Below are positions 1 through 9,750 of a stretch of DNA of 64,000 bases, in pieces (the stretch's first letter is position 1; every line of letters starts with the position of its first letter). Location: assembly GCA_963675745.2 (NCBI GenBank), contig CAXXWX010000026.1, positions 416,001-480,000 of the forward strand, given 5' to 3'. The notes beneath the pieces are model-generated. The model was not told the origin of the DNA, ran no database searches, and was given only the letters and a program-made list of their open reading frames with translations. The translations under genes were made by a program, and so were the position numbers. This DNA is from Phycisphaerae bacterium (GTDB lineage: Bacteria; Planctomycetota; Phycisphaerae; UBA1845; Fen-1342).

Positions 1-2
1 CC

Positions 3-221
3 GCGATCGCCGGCGGTGGAGGTGGAGCCGGTGGGGGCGGGGACGATGGTGGGGACGGAGGGGGAGGGGGAGGGGGTGGTGGTGGCGGGGCTGCGACGGC
101 GCCGGAGCCCGGCCCCGTTGCGCTTACGCTCATCGCCGGCGCCGCGGCCATCACCGGAGCGGTATTCAACAGACGAAGACGGCCCCAGCGCGGCGGCGGG
201 CCTGACGAGTCGCAGGGATGA
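3..221 (+). CDS. C-terminal fragment of a PEP-CTERM sorting-domain protein (5' end outside window)
   Basis: Manual frame-3 translation: Gly-rich linker then APEPGPVALTLIAGAAAITGAVFNRRRR...; PEP codons at 102-110, hydrophobic helix, Arg cluster; TGA 219-221 overlaps the exosortase ATG (ATGA). Confidence 0.85.
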   Translation, partial: AIAGGGGGAGGGGDDGGDGGGGGGGGGGGAATAPEPGPVALTLIAGAAAITGAVFNRRRRPQRGGGPDESQG

Positions 222-1093
222 TACTCGTCTCGCGTCCTCTCCAGCGGCCGGCCGCAATCCCGCTCGTGATTCTCTTGTTGAGCGCAGGCGCGATGGCGGC
301 GCGCCTCGCGCTCGCCCCCGCGGGCCGCTGGAAGCTGGCGATGATTGCGCTGCCGCTTTTGATCGCAGCCGGACTGCGCTGGCTGCAACTGGCCGGCGAA
401 CTCCCAGTGCGCTCGCGGCGAGCGCTCTTGCCGGTCTGGATCGGCGTAGCATCAAGCGCGACCGCGACATTTGTGCTGCCGCTGGAGCTTCTTGGCGTTA
501 CTTGGGCTCTCACGTTCCTGGGAACATCCGCCGCCCTGTTCGGTCCGTGCGGTCCGCGCCGCATGGCGGCCGCCTGCTTCGGACTACTGCTTGTCGGTCT
601 CCCTCTCGATGTGCCGGCCGAGCTGATCCCTCTCCTGCAAAACACGCTCGCGTCGGCTGTGGCCGGCATGTCGCTGGTGGCGGGGGGTGAGCTCACCGCG
701 CACGACGCGATGCTGCACTGGCCGGGCGGACAGGTCTGTGTGGCGCCGGAGTGCTGTGGACTGAACACCTGGCAAATCGCGGTCGCCTGGGCGTGGTTTC
801 TAGCCTGTGCCGGCGACCTGTCATTCCGGCGGGCAGCCGCGTTCGTCGTATTCGCAGTCTGTCTGGCCGGCCTGGCGAATGTGCTGCGCGTTGTCTGTCT
901 CGTCGCGCTGGCACGGCGATTCGGAACGGAAGCCCTTGAGGGAATCAGTCACTCAACGGTCGGCTTGGTGATTTTCATGGTGATGTGGGCGGTGCTGATC
1001 GCCTTGTGGCGAAGATGGCAGACCGATTGGCAACCGCGGAGCGCGGCCCCGACTGACGCACACCCTGGAAGACCGCCGTCTGCGTTTTGCTGA
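218..1093 (+). CDS. exosortase/archaeosortase family protein
   Basis: Multi-TM protein with Cys (VAPECCGL), Arg (ANVLRV) and His (ISHSTVG) motifs of the exosortase catalytic triad. Confidence 0.85.
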   Translation: MILVSRPLQRPAAIPLVILLLSAGAMAARLALAPAGRWKLAMIALPLLIAAGLRWLQLAGELPVRSRRALLPVWIGVASSATATFVLPLELLGVTWALTFLGTSAALFGPCGPRRMAAACFGLLLVGLPLDVPAELIPLLQNTLASAVAGMSLVAGGELTAHDAMLHWPGGQVCVAPECCGLNTWQIAVAWAWFLACAGDLSFRRAAAFVVFAVCLAGLANVLRVVCLVALARRFGTEALEGISHSTVGLVIFMVMWAVLIALWRRWQTDWQPRSAAPTDAHPGRPPSAFC

Positions 1094-1108
1094 TCGAACG
1101 GCGCCAAA

Positions 1109-2669
1109 TCAGGACACATCCCGCCACAGGCCGTCGACCAACTGCCACAACCGCAATTCGTACAGCGCCCAAACCACGCTGACCGACGAGACCAGCAGAA
1201 TGGCCGCCTTGACTCGGAACACGCAGCGCTCGAATGCGCGCAGCTTGTCGGGCATCGCCGCGAATGACTGAACCAGTCGCACGCGCGCGGCGATCGAACC
1301 GTGTCGCCAACTACCCGACTCAGGAGGAATGCCGTTGAGCATCGCCACATCGTTCAGCGTCGTGCCGTAGACCTGAGCAGCGGTGAGGCACAGCGGCGCC
1401 TGCGGATCATTCATGGAGGATGACGCCGTGGCTGGTTGCTTCGGCGCGGCGACCTGGGAGTCGTGCACGTCGAGGCGCGCTTCGGCCGGCGACTGGCCGT
1501 GCATCGCGCACGACTGGTAACACGGCAGGCCGCTGAGCGCGAGTGTGCGCACGCCATAGACGTCGGCCTGACACTCAAAACGCCGGGACACCCAGCCAAA
1601 CAGCACGCCCCACTTCACGAACAGGACTACGCCCAGCACCGTGCCCAACGTCTGGTACGTCGCGGGCGGCGCGCCCTGCGTGCGGACGGAGAATACGGTC
1701 ACAAGACACCCGCTGATCAACGCAAAGCACAGCAGGTGGAATATGTGATGGCGCTTGATGTGGCCAACCTCGTGACCATAAACCGCCTCTATCTTCTGAT
1801 CTTCCATCTGCTCCAGCATGCCATCGGTGATCAGGACATAGCGCAGCGGAGCGATTATGCCCATCACGGCGGCGTTCACCAGCGTGCCACCGGCGCGCCA
1901 GATGAGAATCTCGCGGCAACGCACGCGCACCTTTTGGCTGACGGCCAGCAGACGGTCACGCAGCGGGCCGTCGGGTAAACGCGTGGTGACCCAGACGTGC
2001 CTCAGAATCTCGGGCGTGATAAGCGCGACCGCCACGGCCGCACAGCCCAGCAGCATGTCGGGGAAGAACTCGTAGCCGACCAGATCGCGCAGGTCTTCCG
2101 TGTACCACTGCACCACATCGCGCGCGGCGAGGATCATCAACATCGGGATCAGGATGAAAAGCACCTGATGCCGCAGGTTATGGATGACGTACTCACCCAG
2201 CGACCAGACCGGATGCACCGGCTTACCGCGGAACAGGTAGACCTCGATGGCGATCTGCCGCACGGCGCGGTCCGCCGGATAGAGCGCCACCCACACCAGC
2301 ACGATCGCACAAAGAAACGGCGCGATCGCCGCCAGGCTGGGCACAAGCAGCCAGTTTCCAACAACCGGGATGCGGCAGCAAAGCACCTGCCAATCGGTCA
2401 ACAGCAGCAAGCCGGCGCTCAGCGCGCCGAGCACCCACTGGACGATGAACGACCCGCGCGCGAATATGAACTGCCCGTGCGATGGATCTCGTGGGTAACG
2501 ATCAAGGGCCGTGATGACGCGGCGTTTTACCCAGAGAGCGAACGCGGGCGGCGTCAGGACGGCGAGGGCCACAGCCAACCAGATCAGCCACGGGGCGGGC
2601 AGGACGTTGTAGACCGGGGCGCGGAAACGCCAGCACGATTGAGAGAATGCCGATGACGACCATTAGCAT
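1109..2669 (-). CDS. M48 family (Ste24/HtpX-like) membrane zinc metalloprotease; probable +1 frameshift near 2615
   Basis: HEVGH zinc motif, NAAVMG, RRFECQAD; the track ORF starts at TTG 2578, but a hydrophobic N-terminus (MLMVVIGILSIVLAFP) starts at ATG 2669 one base out of frame. Confidence 0.85.
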
Positions 2670-2715
2670 GACCGAGGGATGATACGGGAAAGCCGGGCCG
2701 AGCGTACAGGCTATA

Positions 2716-2742
2716 ATGCGGATAGCCCTAGCCTGGTGGTGA
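2716..2742 (+). promoter_or_regulatory. candidate Trp leader peptide MRIALAWW (attenuator-like uORF)
   Basis: ATG CGG ATA GCC CTA GCC TGG TGG TGA, ending 58 nt before the trpF ATG; overlapping alternative hairpins; caveat: TATAAT 2712-2717 overlaps the ATG. Confidence 0.55.
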
Positions 2743-2800
2743 GCTGGGGATTCGAAGACAGCCTTGCGGGCAGACCTTATGGTCTGGAGTGCGTGACGCG

Positions 2801-3469
2801 ATGCATGTGAAAATCTGCGGCATCACCCGACTTGAAGACGCACTGGTCGCGGCGGACGCGGGGGCGGATCTCGCCGGGCTGATACTGGCTGACAGTAAGC
2901 GGCGAGTCACCATCGCGGGCGCCACCAGCATCGCCGAGCGGCTGCCGACCACAACCCAGCCGGTCCTGCTTTTCCAGGATCAGCCGTTCGAGGAGATCGA
3001 GGCGGCGCTGGATGCGACCGGCGCGCGATGGGTGCAGTTGCACGGCCTCGAACCGCCAACACTGATCCAGTCGCTGCGCGGGCGCTTCCCCGGGCTCGGC
3101 GTGATCAGAGCCTGGGATATCGGGCATATCAGTGACAGCGAGCATCTGCGCAACTATCTGCTGGTGTGCGGCTCACTGGGGGCCACCGTGGACATCGTGA
3201 TTCTGGACGTGCGCAAAGGCGCGCCACACCCGGGCTATGACTGCCTGGCCGCCGCGGCCGGCCAACTTGCCGGCCAGCAGCCCGAATTGTGGCTGGCCGG
3301 CGGCCTGACGCCCGACAACCTCGCGGAGGCGGCCGATCGAAGTCTGTACCACGGGGTGGACGTGGCCAGTGGCGTGGAAAGGTCTCCGGGAATCAAGGAT
3401 CACGACGCGGTGCGCGGGTTTGTCGCCGCCGCACGTAGCTTGCGTGCGGCCCCTCGATCGCGCTCCTGA
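2801..3469 (+). CDS. trpF: phosphoribosylanthranilate isomerase
   Basis: VKICGIT, VQLHG, LAGGLTPDN, GVDVASGVE..PGIKD motifs. Confidence 0.93.
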   Translation: MHVKICGITRLEDALVAADAGADLAGLILADSKRRVTIAGATSIAERLPTTTQPVLLFQDQPFEEIEAALDATGARWVQLHGLEPPTLIQSLRGRFPGLGVIRAWDIGHISDSEHLRNYLLVCGSLGATVDIVILDVRKGAPHPGYDCLAAAAGQLAGQQPELWLAGGLTPDNLAEAADRSLYHGVDVASGVERSPGIKDHDAVRGFVAAARSLRAAPRSRS

Positions 3470-3572
3470 GCTGCCGGCGGACGATGGCGTGGCGTGGTTG
3501 TCTTGCGCTAAACACCTGCGTGTTCGGCGGCCGATACGAGATTGGCGGGCAGGTGATTGGAGAAGAGCTCCG

Positions 3573-3794
3573 GTGTCCGATAACGAGCATGGTGAAACGC
3601 GGCCGACTGACAATGCCGGGGGCACTCAGCGGCCGTACCTCTGCGTCCACTTCGAGTGCTGCAACGTCTACTCGCGCGTATATCGCCGACCGGACCAGCA
3701 GTGCTACACCGCGCGCTGTCCGCGCTGTCTGCGCAGCACGCGCATTCACGTCGGGCCGGCGGGCACGTCGCAACGATTCTTTCGAGCTTCCTGA
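3573..3794 (+). CDS. small Cys-rich, probable zinc-ribbon hypothetical protein
   Basis: GTG start after GGAGAAG; HFECCNVYSRVY...RCPRC...GTSQRFF. Confidence 0.7.
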   Translation: MSDNEHGETRPTDNAGGTQRPYLCVHFECCNVYSRVYRRPDQQCYTARCPRCLRSTRIHVGPAGTSQRFFRAS

Positions 3795-3852
3795 ATCCCT
3801 GACACTCCGGCCACGTCGCGCGCTTGGCGCTGCCACGTCGCGCGCTTGGCGC

Positions 3853-3934
3853 TGTAGCGGCCTGCGCCTCGCAGGCCGTCGCTACTAGTCGGCGTTTCCG
3901 ACACCCGGCGGCCGGCGAGGCGCCGGCCGTTACA
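3853..3934. repeat. REP family A inverted doublet (GTAG-type)
   Basis: TGTAGCGGCCTGCGCCTCGCAGGCCG ... CGGCCGGCGAGGCGCCGGCCGTTACA; recurs at 24183, 26489, 55736. Confidence 0.85.
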
Positions 3935-4055
3935 TGGCATGCTGCGCCGAGCTGTAACGTGCTGCGCCTGGCTGTAACGCGAGACACGAAACGCCTCTGG
4001 TGGAGCCCCACCACGCGCGGGGCACGGCGCGGCCGGGTCGGGGGATTGCGTAAGT

Positions 4056-5969
4056 CTACTGGTCGTTGGGGTCGGCGAAACCGCCGTCGTCAGCTTCGCC
4101 TTCGGCTTCGTCGACTTCAGCCTCGGGGGTATACCCGGTCTTCTTCACCAGGTAGTTGCGGAAGATCACCTGATCAGCCACGTACGGGCTCTGCTCGCGC
4201 CCGTCCACCGCGGCATAGATGATGCGCGCCGCCTCCCACTGCAACTGATCGCGATCCTGCTCCAGGAGCTTTGACAGCAGGTAGTACGCGGCCGCCTTCG
4301 ATGATTCGGCGATCCACTTGGTCTCCGAGCGCACATCCCAGGCATCGTAAATCTCGATCGCCCGATTGACAGCGGTCTCTCCCTCGGTGCGCGCCGTGTC
4401 CATGCCCTCCAGGATCACCGTGTCGTCAAACGTGCCGGCGCCGACCAGCTCGCTGACCTGCACCAGTGTCTCGCGATGACGGGTGAACCCGTCGAGCCGC
4501 TGCGCGTGAATGCGGCCCTCCAACATGCGGGCGGCGGCCTCGGCCATCTTGGCGTACTGATCAATCGAACGGTCGCCGACGATCCTGTCCAGACGTTCGT
4601 TCTTGTTCTGCGGGTCGTAGGTGGTGCGCGTTTCCCGAGCCGCGGATTTCCAATCACGGATGGCGCTGTCGGCCTTGACGAACGCATCGCGCGCGGCGTG
4701 GGCCGCCCGCAGCGCCTCCTCTTCCTTGTTGTTGGCCGCGTTCGCGAGTTCCTTCAGCACCGGATGAACCGCCTGCATCTGCTCCATCAATTCGTTGAGC
4801 CGATCCGTGTAATCCACGACTCCGGCCCGGGCCTCGGCGGATGCGGTCTGCATGAATTCGATCTGATCATCCAGTGCCGTGATCGCCGTGTCGTAGCGCT
4901 CGGCGAGTGCCACGTGCAGGGCGTGTTTGCGGCGCAACTCATCAAGACCGAGCACGGGCTCATCATCGTCCTCGGACAGGCGGCCGAACAACAGATTTTG
5001 CTCGCGCGTCTGAAGCTGATCGAGACGCCCGAAGATGGCGCGGCACTGTTCGCGGAATCTCGCAAAGGCCGCATCGTCACCGGCCCGAAAACCCTCCTCT
5101 TCGAGCCTGAGACGCTCATCGCGCGCGGCGCGCAGCTCTTCCTGAACCGCGGCCAGATCTTCCTCGCGCTGGGCGACGTCCTGGGCGAGTTGTTCGGCGT
5201 CGGCGTGGGCCTGCTCGGCCTGAGCGCTGATCCACTCGCGGCCGTGCTCGCCTTCACGCAGGTCGTCCAGGATTGGCTCGATCTCCAATTCCTCGAAATA
5301 GTCGGCCTTTATCCGCACAAGCCGGTGCTGCGCCCCGAGCCGTCGGATTTCGCCATATGCGTCACTGAGCCGGCTCCTGAGATGCAGGGCCTCGTTCAGC
5401 GCGGCCTCTCCCTCCAGCAGATGGGCCATCCCGAGAATCATGTCGACAGTCGCCTGGGGTGGGCGCTCGGGCGTGCGGGCCGCATCACCCGCCGCGGCCG
5501 TGGCATCGACCAGTAGCTGGCGGTTGGTGCGGAGCAGCGCTTCGAAGCCGGCGATTCCCTTGCGCATCTCACCTGCGGGCACCCCGTCGGCAACGTAGTT
5601 CGGCTCCAGCTCTTCCCCTTCGGCCTGGGCCTTGATGCGGGCCTGGGCCGTGCGCAGGTGCGACGAAGCCGACTCGAGCGCGGAAAGATCAGCGTCTTTC
5701 AGCTCGTCGAGCGCAACATGCGGCTCCGTGACCGGCAGGGTTGGCGAGTAGCGCGACATCTGCCGGCGAGCCAGTTCGGCGCTGGCGCCGGCGGCATCCG
5801 CCGCGCGCGCCGATTCTGATTGCAGCGTGGGCACAAACACCCACACCAGCACCACCAACAGTCCCAATACGGCGCCAATAATCAGCGGTGGCTTCAACTT
5901 CGTGCTCCGGTAGTTGGCGTTAGCTGGTCTTCGGGCACACACACGCTCCCGAGGCTTGTCGCCGGACAC
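4056..5969 (-). CDS. membrane-anchored long coiled-coil hypothetical protein
   Basis: 637-aa ORF, one N-terminal TM (PPLIIGAVLGLLVVLVWVFVP), Ala/Glu/Arg-rich helical body. Confidence 0.8.
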   Translation of the reverse strand: MSGDKPRERVCARRPANANYRSTKLKPPLIIGAVLGLLVVLVWVFVPTLQSESARAADAAGASAELARRQMSRYSPTLPVTEPHVALDELKDADLSALESASSHLRTAQARIKAQAEGEELEPNYVADGVPAGEMRKGIAGFEALLRTNRQLLVDATAAAGDAARTPERPPQATVDMILGMAHLLEGEAALNEALHLRSRLSDAYGEIRRLGAQHRLVRIKADYFEELEIEPILDDLREGEHGREWISAQAEQAHADAEQLAQDVAQREEDLAAVQEELRAARDERLRLEEEGFRAGDDAAFARFREQCRAIFGRLDQLQTREQNLLFGRLSEDDDEPVLGLDELRRKHALHVALAERYDTAITALDDQIEFMQTASAEARAGVVDYTDRLNELMEQMQAVHPVLKELANAANNKEEEALRAAHAARDAFVKADSAIRDWKSAARETRTTYDPQNKNERLDRIVGDRSIDQYAKMAEAAARMLEGRIHAQRLDGFTRHRETLVQVSELVGAGTFDDTVILEGMDTARTEGETAVNRAIEIYDAWDVRSETKWIAESSKAAAYYLLSKLLEQDRDQLQWEAARIIYAAVDGREQSPYVADQVIFRNYLVKKTGYTPEAEVDEAEGEADDGGFADPNDQ

Positions 5970-6023
5970 CGTCGTGCTCGCGGCGCAGTGACATTGGGAG
6001 TTTGACGGCCGGGGCCCGCGCTG

Positions 6024-7112
6024 TCAATCGGGGCTCCCGCTTGACAAAGCACGCTCGGCCAACTCGCGCCAGGCATCGCCGGGGCCGGAGCCGACCAGGA
6101 GGCCGTCCGCGCCACGCACGAACACGAACGGCACGCGGCGCACGCCCCAGCGCCGCGCGAACCAGGTTGCGCGGCCAAGGCCGTCGTAAACCTGGGGCCA
6201 GGCGATGCCGAGCTCTGTCCGGGCGGCCTCAAACCGCTCGCGCGTGGGGTCAACGTTGACACCGATGACCACGATCTGGGGGTGAACGCGTCGAAACTCC
6301 TCGATCTGCGTGACGCACGCGCGACACGCGGGATTCATGCTGTCCCAGATGACCACCAGGGCCGCAACACCGACCGCCTCGTGGGTGGCAGTGACAGCTT
6401 CCGGTCGCAACTTCAGCGGGAACGGCCGGCCGACTGCCGCCAGGCGGTCCAATCGCCCCGCCAGCAATTCGCCGATCTGCCGACCGGAATCGTGGCCCCG
6501 CACCACCGTCACCAACCAGCGCATGCGCTCGCTGTCGCCGCGTCGCATCGCGTCATCAAACAGGATGACAGCCAGACGGGGCGTGTGGCGGCTGGCGGGG
6601 TAGTCGCGCACGCATGCGTAGTAGTCGTCGAGCAGCGCACGCGAGGGTTCGGTCAGGCACGTTGTCGGCTGCGCTGCCGAGGCGCTATCGGCGTGGCGGC
6701 ATACGACTTCCCAGTACGCGGCTTCATGACGCACGGCCGGCGGCCACTGCCCCGCCAGGTAGGCCTGCACTCTCTCACGCAACGGCCCAATATCGCCGCC
6801 CGTCAGCGCACCAATCTCGAACAGCGTCTCCAGCTCACGTTGCACCGCGGCATCACGATGCGTCCCGCCGGGATAGAGTTGCACGTACAGTTGAAGTTTG
6901 GCCAGAAGCCGGCGGCGTTGCGCGACGGCCCGCGAGAACCACTCCTGCCCGGCGGGCCCTTGCGACAGCGATGCGTCCAGCGCGGTAACCTCTTGCCAGA
7001 GCGTCTGCTCCGGCGAGACGTGCCGGTCGTCGGCAATTGCGGAGACGGCCAGAAGCAGGCATAGAATGCACGCGGCGTCCCCCGACGATAATCGCTCGGC
7101 CCGGCGCGGCAT
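6024..7112 (-). CDS. exported protein with C-terminal TlpA/redoxin-like thioredoxin domain
   Basis: Signal-like N-terminus; VVIWDSMNPACRAC, VVIGVNVD, WPQVYDG, WGVRRVPFVFVRGADG; TAATG overlap with upstream gene. Confidence 0.75.
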   Translation of the reverse strand: MPRRAERLSSGDAACILCLLLAVSAIADDRHVSPEQTLWQEVTALDASLSQGPAGQEWFSRAVAQRRRLLAKLQLYVQLYPGGTHRDAAVQRELETLFEIGALTGGDIGPLRERVQAYLAGQWPPAVRHEAAYWEVVCRHADSASAAQPTTCLTEPSRALLDDYYACVRDYPASRHTPRLAVILFDDAMRRGDSERMRWLVTVVRGHDSGRQIGELLAGRLDRLAAVGRPFPLKLRPEAVTATHEAVGVAALVVIWDSMNPACRACVTQIEEFRRVHPQIVVIGVNVDPTRERFEAARTELGIAWPQVYDGLGRATWFARRWGVRRVPFVFVRGADGLLVGSGPGDAWRELAERALSSGSPD

Positions 7113-7879
7113 TACCAGAAAATCCAGTCGTGGGTTTTGACGACATAAATGTACAGCGCGAGATTCGTAACGCCGTGTACGATCACGAGGAACAGGATGC
7201 TGCGTTTCCAGTAGAAGAGCAGGTTAAACGCCATCCAGCAGAAGATGCTGACCGCCCAGTTGTCGGGATGTTGCACGGTCGAGAGCAGCGCCGTGCCGAC
7301 AAACGAAAACCAGGTGAACTTGCCGAGCGGCACTTTTTCGAAATCCGCCCAGTTGATCAGTGCCCGCAGCAGGAACGCACGCCAGAAAATCTCCTCAACC
7401 AGCGGCACGGCGATGACGGCGACGGCGATGCGCGCCGTGATGGTTCCCCAATAGAGCTTGTAGTGCCCCAGCAAGTCACGTGGGTCGACAATCGGCCCGG
7501 GCTCACCGGCGAAGAAGGGTAGCGGCAGACGATGGGGAATCCCAAGGTAATCAGAGAAGTGCTGGCCGGCGACCCAGCCGGCGGCGGCCAGGAAACCCGC
7601 CGGGATCGCCAGATACCAGTGAGGGCGGCCCCAGGCCGGCAGGTGCTTGCTAACCAGCCAAAGAGCGATCAGGGCCCCCACGCCGCGGATAAGCGACGTG
7701 ATCCAGCGCTGCTCATATGTAAAGCCAAACCAGGAGACGTCGCGCAGCGCCAGCAGCAACAGATAGACCATGATCGGCGCCATCAGCACGACGTCGGGCC
7801 GCTCGCTCAGAAAGGCGTCGAGGCGCTGGTGAAGCGACGGTTTGCCGTTTGATGATGACGCGGTAGCAGGTGGCGGCAC
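7112..7879 (-). CDS. CPBP/CAAX prenyl protease-related intramembrane metalloprotease
   Basis: VPLVEEIFWRAFL, STVQH, VHGVTN motifs; multi-TM. Confidence 0.85.
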   Translation of the reverse strand: MPPPATASSSNGKPSLHQRLDAFLSERPDVVLMAPIMVYLLLLALRDVSWFGFTYEQRWITSLIRGVGALIALWLVSKHLPAWGRPHWYLAIPAGFLAAAGWVAGQHFSDYLGIPHRLPLPFFAGEPGPIVDPRDLLGHYKLYWGTITARIAVAVIAVPLVEEIFWRAFLLRALINWADFEKVPLGKFTWFSFVGTALLSTVQHPDNWAVSIFCWMAFNLLFYWKRSILFLVIVHGVTNLALYIYVVKTHDWIFW

Positions 7880-8182
7880 GGCAATCCTCGAGCGTTTGGG
7901 GGGCCGTCCGGTGCGGGCGAATCCGGTCGCACCGCTCGGGTTTTCGACCCATCAGGCCTGCTCAGGCCGGGCGAGCGTCACTATAGCCGCCCCGCGACAA
8001 GCACGAAATGCCGGCGCCCGCCAGGCGGCCGATTTGCCATATCCGATTTGCCGGTATGATATTGTCCGCGCGACGCACACTAACCTGCGGGCGCGGTCCG
8101 TGTCAGACTGTTTCATACGCAGCGGGCGGGCTTTCCGTTGTGCGCCCCGACGGCACACCAGGCCAGCAGAAGGACCATTCAG

Positions 8183-9496
8183 ATGAGAACCGCACAAATC
8201 GCCCTGCTCGGCATCTTCGCGGTTATCAGCACCACCAGCGCGGCTGCACAGGATGTGGAACTGCAGAAACTAATGTCCCGGCGGGCCGCGGTCGCGGATG
8301 CCTACCGCCAATTGGCCGAGACGGTCTACGGTCTCCAGATCAACTCCTCGACCACAGTCTACGACTTTGTCATGGAGAGCGACCTGATCCACAGCGCGGT
8401 TGACGAGTTCGTGCGCGGCGTCCGTATCGGGGAGGCGCGTTACTTTCCGGACAACTCCTGCGAAGTGCAGGCGGAGCTGACCGTCGCTGACGCCGTCGAG
8501 ACGCTACGGGGCGCCTATCAGCAGCACTACCGGGGCGACAGAATCGACACCCGCGACTTTGATTCGATTCCAACGCGCGCAGAGAAAAAGACGCTCAAGA
8601 CCATCGGAATGGGCGCCCCGCGCGATGATCTGCCCTTTGGGCTGCCCAGCGGCGTTGTGGCCCTGCTGCCCAAGCTGCCCGGCGGCGACAGCGCAAGCGG
8701 CGGCTCATCACTGCCTGGCGTATGGAAACACGTGCCGTCGCGGGCCCGCATGATGGCGGTCCGCGGCGCCAAACAGGACGCATGGCGACAGCTCGCCGAG
8801 CGCATCATGGGGCTGCGTCTGACGTCCACCACGCTCATCGAAGACTTTGTCACGCAGAGCGACGAGATCCGCACCGAGATGGATGACTTCCTGAAAGGCG
8901 CCGAGCCGGTAGGCACGTACTATCGGGGCGACGAGATGATCGTCGAGGTCACCATGCGCATCCCCGCCGAGCAGGTGATCAGGATCGTCGAGCAGCTTCA
9001 CGGCCGCCACTACGAAGGTGATGATATCGAGGCGGCGGAGATCGGACGAATAGCGCGCGATGTGGTTCATCGCGATTTTGAGGCAACCGGCATGTCGGTC
9101 CCGCCGGCCAAGTACCTGACGCCCCAGGCCATCGCTGACGCCACCATCGCGCGGCCAAACTGGGTCGAATCGAGTATCCAGGCGACGGGGGAGGCAAGCG
9201 ACGCGGCCTTTGACACCGCCCAGGGCCGGCTGAAGGCACGGCGGGCCGCCGAACTGGTTGCCAAGCGCAATCTCGCCCTGCAAATCGCCGGTTTGCCGAT
9301 CGACGACCAGATGCTGGTGCGCGACCTAGTCACCAAGGATGAATATGTATCGACGCGCGTGGATGCCGTTCTCATCCACGCGACCATCGAGGAGACGCGC
9401 TTCACCGACAACGCCGCAATCGTTACGGTGTCGATCCCCGGCGTACACGTGTGGAGCGTTGTCGGTGACGAGTATCGACGGCTCAACAGAGAGTAA
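8183..9496 (+). CDS. exported protein with three LPP20/FlgP-like repeats
   Basis: Signal peptide; three repeats of the type RRAAVADAYRQLAETVYGLQINSSTTVYDFV. Confidence 0.75.
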   Translation: MRTAQIALLGIFAVISTTSAAAQDVELQKLMSRRAAVADAYRQLAETVYGLQINSSTTVYDFVMESDLIHSAVDEFVRGVRIGEARYFPDNSCEVQAELTVADAVETLRGAYQQHYRGDRIDTRDFDSIPTRAEKKTLKTIGMGAPRDDLPFGLPSGVVALLPKLPGGDSASGGSSLPGVWKHVPSRARMMAVRGAKQDAWRQLAERIMGLRLTSTTLIEDFVTQSDEIRTEMDDFLKGAEPVGTYYRGDEMIVEVTMRIPAEQVIRIVEQLHGRHYEGDDIEAAEIGRIARDVVHRDFEATGMSVPPAKYLTPQAIADATIARPNWVESSIQATGEASDAAFDTAQGRLKARRAAELVAKRNLALQIAGLPIDDQMLVRDLVTKDEYVSTRVDAVLIHATIEETRFTDNAAIVTVSIPGVHVWSVVGDEYRRLNRE

Positions 9497-9585
9497 TCGC
9501 AACGAAGCGCGAGCAGTATCGCCGGGAGAGATGACCGTTGAGTAATGAATATGTAACCAACACCTTGTCCCGACGAAACTGCCGT

Positions 9586-9651
9586 GTGCCACGGCTCTGT
9601 GAGCCGTGTTTCTCCCATCCCCGCGCGGCACGGCTCACAGAGCCGTGGCAC
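9586..9651. repeat. REP family B inverted doublet
   Basis: GTGCCACGGCTCTGTGAGCCGTG ... CACGGCTCACAGAGCCGTGGCAC; also 26587-26612 and 49534-49606. Confidence 0.8.
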
Positions 9652-9750
9652 GCGGTTGATTTCACAGGATCGAGGGGACAGAGTCCCAGGAGCCGCGTTT
9701 CGACCCCGGCGCATCTGCACCGCAGCGCCTGCGTCGGCTGGTGCTGGCTG

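Noticed and set aside
9538..9750. N-terminal extension of the second LPP20-like ORF
   Set aside because: It translates a REP-B doublet (RLCEPC..RLTEPWH); probably non-coding, though the true start is uncertain.
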